DNA of 64,000 bases from Eledone cirrhosa (Eukaryota). Position numbers and translations under genes: made by a program. This document shows, one piece after another, positions 41,601-53,580 of this stretch; the first letter of the stretch is position 1; each line of letters starts with the position of its first letter. Where the stretch lies: positions 121,334,001 to 121,398,000 of the forward strand of contig OZ024744.1 in assembly GCA_964016885.1 (NCBI GenBank), given 5' to 3'. Under the pieces are notes generated by a model. It was not told the origin of the DNA. It did not search any database and saw nothing but the letters and a program-made list of their open reading frames with translations.

Positions 41601-41754
41601 GTGACTGGGTGAGAGGAATAGAGGTAGAGATGGATGTTGTGGAGAGATAGTGTGAGATGGTTGGGTCATGTGTTGAGGAAGTATGAAAATGACTGGGTGA
41701 GAGGAATAGAGGTAGTGATGGATGTTGTGAAGAGAGATAGTGTGAGATGGTTGG

Positions 41755-44700
41755 GTCATGTGTTGAGGAAGGATAAAAGTGACTGGGTGAGAGGAATAGA
41801 GGTAGTGATGGATGTTGTGAAGAGAGATAGTGTGAGATGGTTAGCTCATGTGTTGAGGAAGGATAAAAGTGACTGGGTGAGAGGAATAGAGGTTGTGATG
41901 GATGTTGTGAAGAGAGATAGTGTGAGATGGTTGGGTAATGTGTTGAGGAAGTATGAAAGTGACTGGGTGAGAGGAATAGAGGTAGTAATGGATGTTGTGA
42001 AGAGAGATAGTGTGAGATGGTTGGGTCATGTGTTGAGGAAGGCTAAAAGTGACTGGGTGAGAGGAATAGAGGTAGTGATGGATGTGGGTGAAGAGAGATA
42101 GTGTGAGATGGTTGAGTCATGTGTTGAGGAAGGATGAGAATGACTGGGTGAGAGGAATAGAGGTAGTGATGGATGTTGTGAAGAGAGATAGTGTGAGATG
42201 GTTGGGTCATGTGTTGAGGAAGGATGAAAATGACTAGGTGAGAGGAACAGAGGTAGTGATGGATGTTGTGAAGAGAGATAGTGTGAGATGGTTGGATCAT
42301 GTGTTGAGGAAGGATAAAGGTGACTGGGTGAGTGGAATAGAGGTAGTGATGGATGTTGTGAAGAGAGATAGTGTGGGACGGTTCGGTCATGTGTTGAGGA
42401 AGTATGAAAATGACTGGGTGAGAGGAATCAGAGGTAGTGATGGATGTTGTGAAGAGAGATAGTGAGATGGTTGGGTCATGTGTTGAGGATGTATGAAAGT
42501 GACGGGGTGAGAGGAATAGAGGTAGTGATGGATGTTGTGAAGAGAGATAGTGAGATGGTTGGGTCATGTGTTGAGGAAGGTTGAATGTGAATGGGTGAAG
42601 GAATAGAGGTAGTGATGGATGTTGTGAAGAGAGATAGTGTGGGACGGTTGGGTCATGTGTTGAGGAAGTATGAAAGTGACTGGGTGAGAGGAATCAGAGG
42701 TAGTGATGGATGTTGTGAAGAGAGATAGTGTGAGATGGTTGGGTCATGTGTTGAGGAAGGATAAAAGTGACTGGGTGAGAGAAATAGAGGTGGTGATGGA
42801 TGTTGTGAAGAGAGATAGTGTGGGACGGTTGGGTCATGTGTTCAGGAATTATGAAAGTGACTGGGTGAGAGGAATCAGAGGTAGTGATGGATGTTGTTAA
42901 GAGAGATAGTGTGAGATGGTTGGGTCATGTGTTAAGGAAGTATGAAAATGACTGGGTGAGAGGAATCAGAGGTAGTGATGGATGTTGTGAAGAGAGATAG
43001 TGTGAGATGGTTAGCTCATGCGTTGAGGAAGGATAAAAGTGACTGGGTGAGAGGAATAGAGGTTGTGATGGATGTTGTGAAGAGAGATAGTGTGAGATGG
43101 TTGGGTCATGTGTTGAGGAAGTATGAAAGTGACTGGGTGAGAGGAATAGAGGTAGTGATGGATGTTGTGAAGAGAGATAGTGTGAGATGGTTGGGTCATA
43201 TGTTGAGGAAGGATAAAAGTGACTGGGTGAGAGGAATAGAGGTAGTGATGGATGTTGTGAGGAGAGATAGTGTGAGATGGTTGGTTCATGTGTTGAGGCA
43301 GTATGAAAGTGACTGGGTGAGAGGAATAGAGGTAGTGATAGATGTTGTGAAGAGAGATAGTGTGAGATGGTTGGGTCATGTGTTGAGGAAGTATGAAAGT
43401 GACCGGGTGAGAGGAATAGAGGTAGTGATAGATGTTGTGAAGAGAGATAGTGTGAGATGGTTGGGTCAGTGTTGAGGAAGTATGAAAGTGACTGGGTGAG
43501 AGGAATAGAGGTAGAGATGGATGTTGTGAAGAGAGATAGTGTGCGATGGTTGGGTCATGTGTTGAGGAAGTATGAAAGTGACTGGGTGAGAGGAATAGAG
43601 GTAGTGATAGATTTTGTGAAGAGAGATAGTGTGAGATGGTTGGGTCATGTGTTGAGGAAGGATAAAAGTGACTGGGTGAGAGGAATAGAGGTAGTGATGG
43701 ATGTTGTGAAGAGAGATAGTGTGAGGTGGTTGGGTCATGTGTTGAGGAAGGATAAAAGTGAGTGGGTGAGAGGAATAGAGGTAGTGATGGATGTTGTGAA
43801 GAGAGATAGTTTGAGATGGTTGGGTCATGTGTTGAGGAAGGATAAAACTGACTGGGTGAGAGGAATAGAGGTAGTAATGGATGTTGTGAAGAGAGATAGT
43901 GTGAGATGGTTGGGTCATGTGTTGAGGAAGGACAAAAGTGAGTGGGTGAGAGGAATAGAGGTAGTGATGGATGTTGTGAAGAGAGATAGTGTGAGATGGT
44001 TGGGTCATGTGTTGAGGAAGGATAAAACTGACTGGGTGAGAGGAATAGAGGTAGTGATGGATGTTGTGACTAGAGATAGTGTGAGATGGTTGGGTCATGT
44101 TTTGAGGAAGTATGAAAGTGACTGGGTGAGAGGAATAGAGGTAGTGACGGATGTTGTGAAGAGAGATAGTGTGAGATGGTTGGGTCATATGTTGAGGAAG
44201 GATAAAAGTGACTGGGTGAGAGGAATAGAGGTAGTGATGGATGTTGTGAGGAGAGATAGTGTGAGATAGTTGGGTCATGTGTTGAGGAAGGATAAAAGTG
44301 ACTGGGTGAGAGGAATAGAGGTAGTGATGGATGTTGTGAAGAGAGATAGTGTGAGATGGTTAGCTCATGTGTTGAGGAAGGATAAAAGTGACTGGGTGAG
44401 AGGAATAGAGGTTGTGATGGATGTTGTGAAGAGAGATAGTGTGAGATGGTTGGGTAATGTGTTGAGGAAGTATGAAAGTGACTGGGTGAGAGGAATAGAG
44501 GTAGTAATGGATGTTGTGAAGAGAGATAGTGTGAGATGGTTGGGTCATGTGTTGAGGAAGGCTAAAAGTGACTGGGTGAGAGGAATAGAGGTAGTGATGG
44601 ATGTGGGTGAAGAGAGATAGTGTGAGATGGTTGAGTCATGTGTTGAGGAAGGATGAGAATGACTGGGTGAGAGGAATAGAGGTAGTGATGGATGTTGTGA

Positions 44701-46808
44701 AGAGAGATAGTGTGAGATGGTTGGGTCATGTGTTGAGGAAGGATGAAAATGACTAGGTGAGAGGAACAGAGGTAGTGATGGATGTTGTGAAGAGAGATAG
44801 TGTGAGATGGTTGGATCATGTGTTGAGGAAGGATAAAGGTGACTGGGTGAGTGGAATAGAGGTAGTGATGGATGTTGTGAAGAGAGATAGTGTGGGACGG
44901 TTCGGTCATGTGTTGAGGAAGTATGAAAATGACTGGGTGAGAGGAATCAGAGGTAGTGATGGATGTTGTGAAGAGAGATAGTGAGATGGTTGGGTCATGT
45001 GTTGAGGATGTATGAAAGTGACGGGGTGAGAGGAATAGAGGTAGTGATGGATGTTGTGAAGAGAGATAGTGAGATGGTTGGGTCATGTGTTGAGGAAGGT
45101 TGAATGTGAATGGGTGAAGGAATAGAGGTAGTGATGGATGTTGTGAAGAGAGATAGTGTGGGACGGTTGGGTCATGTGTTGAGGAAGTATGAAAGTGACT
45201 GGGTGAGAGGAATCAGAGGTAGTGATGGATGTTGTGAAGAGAGATAGTGTGAGATGGTTGGGTCATGTGTTGAGGAAGGATAAAAGTGACTGGGTGAGAG
45301 AAATAGAGGTGGTGATGGATGTTGTGAAGAGAGATAGTGTGGGACGGTTGGGTCATGTGTTCAGGAATTATGAAAGTGACTGGGTGAGAGGAATCAGAGG
45401 TAGTGATGGATGTTGTTAAGAGAGATAGTGTGAGATGGTTGGGTCATGTGTTAAGGAAGTATGAAAATGACTGGGTGAGAGGAATCAGAGGTAGTGATGG
45501 ATGTTGTGAAGAGAGATAGTGTGAGATGGTTAGCTCATGCGTTGAGGAAGGATAAAAGTGACTGGGTGAGAGGAATAGAGGTTGTGATGGATGTTGTGAA
45601 GAGAGATAGTGTGAGATGGTTGGGTCATGTGTTGAGGAAGTATGAAAGTGACTGGGTGAGAGGAATAGAGGTAGTGATGGATGTTGTGAAGAGAGATAGT
45701 GTGAGATGGTTGGGTCATATGTTGAGGAAGGATAAAAGTGACTGGGTGAGAGGAATAGAGGTAGTGATGGATGTTGTGAGGAGAGATAGTGTGAGATGGT
45801 TGGTTCATGTGTTGAGGCAGTATGAAAGTGACTGGGTGAGAGGAATAGAGGTAGTGATAGATGTTGTGAAGAGAGATAGTGTGAGATGGTTGGGTCATGT
45901 GTTGAGGAAGTATGAAAGTGACCGGGTGAGAGGAATAGAGGTAGTGATAGATGTTGTGAAGAGAGATAGTGTGAGATGGTTGGGTCAGTGTTGAGGAAGT
46001 ATGAAAGTGACTGGGTGAGAGGAATAGAGGTAGAGATGGATGTTGTGAAGAGAGATAGTGTGCGATGGTTGGGTCATGTGTTGAGGAAGTATGAAAGTGA
46101 CTGGGTGAGAGGAATAGAGGTAGTGATAGATTTTGTGAAGAGAGATAGTGTGAGATGGTTGGGTCATGTGTTGAGGAAGGATAAAAGTGACTGGGTGAGA
46201 GGAATAGAGGTAGTGATGGATGTTGTGAAGAGAGATAGTGTGAGGTGGTTGGGTCATGTGTTGAGGAAGGATAAAAGTGAGTGGGTGAGAGGAATAGAGG
46301 TAGTGATGGATGTTGTGAAGAGAGATAGTTTGAGATGGTTGGGTCATGTGTTGAGGAAGGATAAAACTGACTGGGTGAGAGGAATAGAGGTAGTAATGGA
46401 TGTTGTGAAGAGAGATAGTGTGAGATGGTTGGGTCATGTGTTGAGGAAGGACAAAAGTGAGTGGGTGAGAGGAATAGAGGTAGTGATGGATGTTGTGAAG
46501 AGAGATAGTGTGAGATGGTTGGGTCATGTGTTGAGGAAGGATAAAACTGACTGGGTGAGAGGAATAGAGGTAGTGATGGATGTTGTGACTAGAGATAGTG
46601 TGAGATGGTTGGGTCATGTTTTGAGGAAGTATGAAAGTGACTGGGTGAGAGGAATAGAGGTAGTGACGGATGTTGTGAAGAGAGATAGTGTGAGATGGTT
46701 GGGTCATATGTTGAGGAAGGATAAAAGTGACTGGGTGAGAGGAATAGAGGTAGTGATGGATGTTGTGAGGAGAGATAGTGTGAGATAGTTGGGTCATGTG
46801 TTGAGGAA
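41755..46808 (+). repeat. 28-monomer higher-order repeat (2519 bp), two near-identical tandem copies; a related, more diverged copy precedes it (offset 2609)
   Basis: ORF pairs 42043/44562, 42238/44757, 42703/45222, 42975/45494, 43457/45976. Shared GGGTCAGTG deletion at ~43468/45987. 39629/42238 and 40094/42703 are offset by 2609. Confidence 0.93.
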
Positions 46809-47599
46809 GTATGAAAGTGACCGGGTGAGAGGAATAGAGGTAGTGATGGATGTTGTGAAGAGAGATAGTTTGAGATGGTTGGGTCATGTGTTGAGGAAGT
46901 ATGAAAGTGACTGGGTGAGAGGAATAGAGGTAGAGATGGATGTTGTGGAGAGATAGTGTGAGATGGTTGGGTCATGTGTTGAGGAAGTATGAAAGTGACT
47001 GGGTGAGAGGAATAGAGGTAGTGATGGATGTTGTGAAGAGAGATAGTGTGAGATGGTTGGGTCATGTGTTGAGGAAGGATAAAAGTGACTGGGTGAGAGG
47101 AATAGAGGTAGTGATGGATGTTGTGAAGAGAGATAGTGTGAGATGGTTAGCTCATGTGTTGAGGAAGGATAAAAGTGACTGGGTGAGAGGAATAGAGGTT
47201 GTGATGGATGTTGTGAAGAGAGATAGTGTGAGATGGTTGGGTAATGTGTTGAGGAAGTATGAAAGTGACTGGGTGAGAGGAATAGAGGTTTTGATGGATG
47301 TTGTGAAGAGAGATAGTGTGATATGGTTAGCTAATGTGTTGAGGAAGGATAAAAGTGACTGGGTGAGAGGAATAAAGGTTGTGATGGATGTTGTGAAGAG
47401 AGATAGTGTGAGATGGTTGGGTCATGTGTTGAGGAAGTATGAAAGTGACTGGGTGAGAGGAATAGAGGTACTGATAGATGTTGTGAAGACAGATAGTGTG
47501 AGATGGTTGGGTCATGTGTTGAGGAAGGATAAAAGTGACTGGGTGAGAGGAATAGAGGTGGAGATGGATGTTGTGAAGAGAGATAGTGTGAGATGGTTG

Positions 47600-50500
47600 G
47601 GTCATGTGTTGAGGAAGTATGAAAGTGACTGGGTGAGAGGAATAGAGGTAGAGATGGATGTTGTGAAGAGAGATAGAGTGAGATGGTTGGGTCATGTGTT
47701 GAGGAAGTATGAAAGTGACTGGGTGAGGGAATAGAGGTAGTGATGGATGATGTGAAGAGAGATAGTGTCAGATGGTTGGGTCATGTGTTGAGGAGGGATA
47801 AAATTGATTGGGTGAGAGGAATAGAGGTAGTGATGGATGTTGTGAAGAGAGATAGTGTGAGATGGTTGGGTAATGTGTTGAGGGAGGATAAAAGTGAGTG
47901 GGTGAGAGGAATAGAGGTAGTGATGGATGTTGTGAAGAGAGATAGTGTGAGATGGTTGGGTCATGTGTTGAGGAACGTTGAATGTGAATGGGTGAGAGGA
48001 ATAGAGGTTTTGATGGATGTTGTGAAGAGAGATAGTGTGAGATGGTTAGCTCATGTGTTGAGGAAGGATAAAAGTGACTGGGTGAGAGGAATAGAGGTTG
48101 TGATGGATGTTGTGAAGCGAGATAGTGTGAGATGGTTGGGTCATGTGTTGAGGAAGTATGAAAGTGACTGGGTGAGAGGAATAGAGGTAGTGATAGATGT
48201 TGTGAAGACAGATAGTGTGAGATGGTTGGGTCATGTGTTGAGGAAGTATGAAAGTGACTGGGTGAGAGGAATAGAGGTAGTGATGGATGTTGTGAAGAGA
48301 GATAGTGTGAGATGGTTGGGTCATGTGTTGAGGAAGGATTAAAGTGACTGGGTGAGAGGAATAGAGGTAGTGATGGATGTTGTGAAGAGAGATAGTGAGA
48401 GATGGTTGGGTCATGTGTTGAGGAAGGATAAAAGTGACTGGGTGAGAGGAATAGAGGTAGTGATGGATGTTGTAAAGGTAGATAGTGTGAGATGGTTGGG
48501 TCATGTGTTGATGAAGGTTAAAAGTGACTGGGTGAGTGGAATAGAAGTAGTGATGGATGTTGTGAAGAGAGATAGTGTGGGACGGTAGGGTCATGTTTTG
48601 AGGAAGTATGAAAGTGACTGGGTGAGAGGAATAGAGGTAGAGATGGATGTTGTGAAGAGAGATAGTGTGAGATGGTTGGGTCATGTGTTGAGGAAGCATG
48701 AAAGTGACTGGGTGAGAGGAATAGTAGGGAGTGATAGATTTTGTGAAGAGAGATAGTGTGAGATGGTTGGGTCATGTGTTGAGGAAGGATAAAAGTGACT
48801 GGGTGAGAGGAATAGAGGTAGTGATGGATGTTGTGAAGAGAGATAGTGTGAGATGGTTGGGTCATGTGTTGAGGAAGGATAAAAGTGAGTGGGTGAGAGG
48901 AATAGAGGTAGTGATGGATGTTGTGAAGAGAGATAGTGTGAGATGGTTGGGTCATGTGTTGAGGAAGGTTGAATGTGAATGGGTGAGAGGAACAGAGGTA
49001 GTGATGGATGTTGCGAAGAGAGATAGTGTGAGATGGTTGGGTCATGTGTTGAGGAAGGATAAAAGTGACTGTATGAGAGGAATAGAGGTTTTGATGGATG
49101 TTGTGAAGAGAGATAGTGTGAGATGGTTGGGTCATGTGTTGAGGAAGGATTAAAGTGACTGGGTGAGAGGAATAGAGGTAGTGATGGATGTTGTGAAGAG
49201 AGATAGTGTGAGATGGTTGGGTCATGTGTTGAGGAAGGATAAAAGTGACTGGGTGAGAGGAATAGAGGTAGTGATGGATGTTGTAAAGGTAGATAGTGTG
49301 AGATGGTTGGATCATGTGTTGAGGAAGGTTAAAAGTGACTGGGTGAGTGGAATAGAGGTAGTGATGGATGTTGTGAAGAGAGATAGTGTTGGACGGTAGG
49401 GTCATGTGTTGAGGAAGTATGAAAGTGACTGGGTGAGAGGAATAAGAGGTAGTGATGGATGTTGTGAAGAGAGATAGTGTGAGATGGGTGGGTCATGTGT
49501 TGAGGAAGGATGAAACTGACTGGGTGAGAGGAATAGAGGTAGTGATGGATGTTGTGACTAGAGATAGTGTGAGATGGTTGGGTCATGTTTTGAGGAAGTA
49601 TGAAAGTGACTGGGTGAGAGGAATAGAGGTAGTGACGGATGTTGTGAAGAGAGATAGTGTGAGATGGTTGGGTCATATGTTGAGGAAGGATAAAAGTGAC
49701 TGGGTGAGAGGAATAGAGGTAGTGATGGATGTTGTGAGGAGAGATAGTGTGAGATAGTTGGGTTATGTGTTGAGGAAGTATGAAAGTGACCGGGTGAGAG
49801 GAATAGAGGTAGTGATGGATGTTGTGAAGAGAGATAGTTTGAGATGGTTGGGTCATGTGTTGAGGAAGTATGAAAGTGACTGGGTAAGAGGAATAGAGGT
49901 AGAGATGGATGTTGTGGAGAGATAGTGTGAGATGGTTGGGTCATGTGTTGAGGAAGTATGAAAGTGACTGGGTGAGAGGAATAGAGGTAGTGATGGATGT
50001 TGTGAAGAGAGATAGTGTGAGATGGTTGGGTCATGTGTTGAGGAAGGATTAAAGTGACTGGGTGAGAGGAATAGAGGTAGTGATGGATGTTGTGAAGAGA
50101 GATAGTGTGAGATGGTTAGCTCATGTGTTGAGGAAGGATAAAAGTGACTGGGTGAGAGGAATAGAGGTTGTGATGGATGTTGAGAAGAGAGATAGTGTGA
50201 GATGGTTGGGTAATGTGTTGAGGAAGTATGAAAGTGACTGGGTGAGAGGAATAGAGGTAGAGATGGATGTTGTGGAGAGATAGTGTGAGATGGTTGGGTC
50301 ATGTGTTGAGGAAGTATGAAAGTGACTGGGTGAGAGGAATAGAGGTAGTGATGGATGTTGTGAAGAGAGATAGTGTGAGATGGTTGGGTCATGTGTTGAG
50401 GAAGGATAAAAGTGACTGGGTGAGAGGAATAGAGGTAGTGATGGATGTTGTGAAGAGAGATAGTGTGAGATGGTTAGCTCATGTGTTGAGGAAGGATAAA

Positions 50501-53500
50501 AGTGACTGGGTGAGAGGAATAGAGGTTGTGATGGATGTTGTGAAGAGAGATAGTGTGAGATGGTTGGGTAATGTGTTGAGGAAGTATGAAAGTGACTGGG
50601 TGAGAGGAATAGAGGTAGTAATGGATGTTGTGAAGAGAGATAGTGTGAGATGGTTGGGTCATGTGTTGAGGAAGGACAAAAGTGAGTGGGTGAGAGGAAT
50701 AGAGGTAGTGATGGATGTTGTGAAGAGAGATAGTGTGAGATGGTTCGGGTCATGTGTTGAGGAAGGTTGAATGTGAATGGGTGAGAGGAATAGAGGTTTT
50801 GATGGATGTTGTGAAGAGAGATAGTGTGAGATGGTTAGCTCATGTGTTGAGGAAGGATAAAAGTCATTGGGTGAGAGGAATAGAGGTAGTGATGGATGTT
50901 GTGAAGAGAGATAGTGTGAGATGGTTGGGTCATGTGTTGAGGAAGTATGAAAGTGACTGGGTGAGAGGAATAGAGGTAGAGATGGATGTTGTGAAGAGAG
51001 ATAGAGTGAGATGGTTGGGTCATGTGTTGAGGAAGTATGAAAGTGACTGGGTGAGGGAATAGAGGTAGTGATGGATGATGTGAAGAGAGATAGTGTCAGA
51101 TGGTTGGGTCATGTGTTGAGGAGGGATAAAATTGATTGGGTGAGAGGAATAGAGGTAGTGATGGATGTTGTGAAGAGAGATAGTGTGAGATGGTTGGGTA
51201 ATGTGTTGAGGGAGGATAAAAGTGAGTGGGTGAGAGGAATAGAGGTAGTGATGGATGTTGTGAAGAGAGATAGTGTGAGATGGTTGGGTCATGTGTTGAG
51301 GAACGTTGAATGTGAATGGGTGAGAGGAATAGAGGTTTTGATGGATGTTGTGAAGAGAGATAGTGTGAGATGGTTAGCTCATGTGTTGAGGAAGGATAAA
51401 AGTGACTGGGTGAGAGGAATAGAGGTTGTGATGGATGTTGTGAAGCGAGATAGTGTGAGATGGTTGGGTCATGTGTTGAGGAAGTATGAAAGTGACTGGG
51501 TGAGAGGAATAGAGGTAGTGATAGATGTTGTGAAGACAGATAGTGTGAGATGGTTGGGTCATGTGTTGAGGAAGTATGAAAGTGACTGGGTGAGAGGAAT
51601 AGAGGTAGTGATGGATGTTGTGAAGAGAGATAGTGTGAGATGGTTGGGTCATGTGTTGAGGAAGGATTAAAGTGACTGGGTGAGAGGAATAGAGGTAGTG
51701 ATGGATGTTGTGAAGAGAGATAGTGAGAGATGGTTGGGTCATGTGTTGAGGAAGGATAAAAGTGACTGGGTGAGAGGAATAGAGGTAGTGATGGATGTTG
51801 TAAAGGTAGATAGTGTGAGATGGTTGGGTCATGTGTTGATGAAGGTTAAAAGTGACTGGGTGAGTGGAATAGAAGTAGTGATGGATGTTGTGAAGAGAGA
51901 TAGTGTGGGACGGTAGGGTCATGTTTTGAGGAAGTATGAAAGTGACTGGGTGAGAGGAATAGAGGTAGAGATGGATGTTGTGAAGAGAGATAGTGTGAGA
52001 TGGTTGGGTCATGTGTTGAGGAAGCATGAAAGTGACTGGGTGAGAGGAATAGTAGGGAGTGATAGATTTTGTGAAGAGAGATAGTGTGAGATGGTTGGGT
52101 CATGTGTTGAGGAAGGATAAAAGTGACTGGGTGAGAGGAATAGAGGTAGTGATGGATGTTGTGAAGAGAGATAGTGTGAGATGGTTGGGTCATGTGTTGA
52201 GGAAGGATAAAAGTGAGTGGGTGAGAGGAATAGAGGTAGTGATGGATGTTGTGAAGAGAGATAGTGTGAGATGGTTGGGTCATGTGTTGAGGAAGGTTGA
52301 ATGTGAATGGGTGAGAGGAACAGAGGTAGTGATGGATGTTGCGAAGAGAGATAGTGTGAGATGGTTGGGTCATGTGTTGAGGAAGGATAAAAGTGACTGT
52401 ATGAGAGGAATAGAGGTTTTGATGGATGTTGTGAAGAGAGATAGTGTGAGATGGTTGGGTCATGTGTTGAGGAAGGATTAAAGTGACTGGGTGAGAGGAA
52501 TAGAGGTAGTGATGGATGTTGTGAAGAGAGATAGTGTGAGATGGTTGGGTCATGTGTTGAGGAAGGATAAAAGTGACTGGGTGAGAGGAATAGAGGTAGT
52601 GATGGATGTTGTAAAGGTAGATAGTGTGAGATGGTTGGATCATGTGTTGAGGAAGGTTAAAAGTGACTGGGTGAGTGGAATAGAGGTAGTGATGGATGTT
52701 GTGAAGAGAGATAGTGTGGGACGGTAGGGTCATGTGTTGAGGAAGTATGAAAGTGACTGGGTGAGAGGAATAAGAGGTAGTGATGGATGTTGTGAAGAGA
52801 GATAGTGTGAGATGGGTGGGTCATGTGTTGAGGAAGGATAAAACTGACTGGGTGAGAGGAATAGAGGTAGTGATGGATGTTGTGACTAGAGATAGTGTGA
52901 GATGGTTGGGTCATGTTTTGAGGAAGTATGAAAGTGACTGGGTGAGAGGAATAGAGGTAGTGACGGATGTTGTGAAGAGAGATAGTGTGAGATGGTTGGG
53001 TCATATGTTGAGGAAGGATAAAAGTGACTGGGTGAGAGGAATAGAGGTAGTGATGGATGTTGTGAGGAGAGATAGTGTGAGATAGTTGGGTTATGTGTTG
53101 AGGAAGTATGAAAGTGACCGGGTGAGAGGAATAGAGGTAGTGATGGATGTTGTGAAGAGAGATAGTTTGAGATGGTTGGGTCATGTGTTGAGGAAGTATG
53201 AAAGTGACTGGGTGAGAGGAATAGAGGTAGAGATGGATGTTGTGGAGAGATAGTGTGAGATGGTTGGGTCATGTGTTGAGGAAGTATGAAAGTGACTGGG
53301 TGAGAGGAATAGAGGTAGTGATGGATGTTGTGAAGAGAGATAGTGTGAGATGGTTGGGTCATGTGTTGAGGAAGGATTAAAGTGACTGGGTGAGAGGAAT
53401 AGAGGTAGTGATGGATGTTGTGAAGAGAGATAGTGTGAGATGGTTAGCTCATGTGTTGAGGAAGGATAAAAGTGACTGGGTGAGAGGAATAGAGGTTGTG

Positions 53501-53580
53501 ATGGATGTTGAGAAGAGAGATAGTGTGAGATGGTTGGGTAATGTGTTGAGGAAGTATGAAAGTGACTGGGTGAGAGGAAT
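47600..53580 (+). repeat. 37-monomer duplication (3328 bp): ~47600-50250 repeated at ~50930-53580
   Basis: ORF pairs 47740/51068, 48352/51680, 48731/52059, 49163/52491, 49452/52780, 50062/53390. Shared GAGGAACGTTGAA, GATGGGTGGG, GATAGTTGGGTTATG. Confidence 0.92.
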
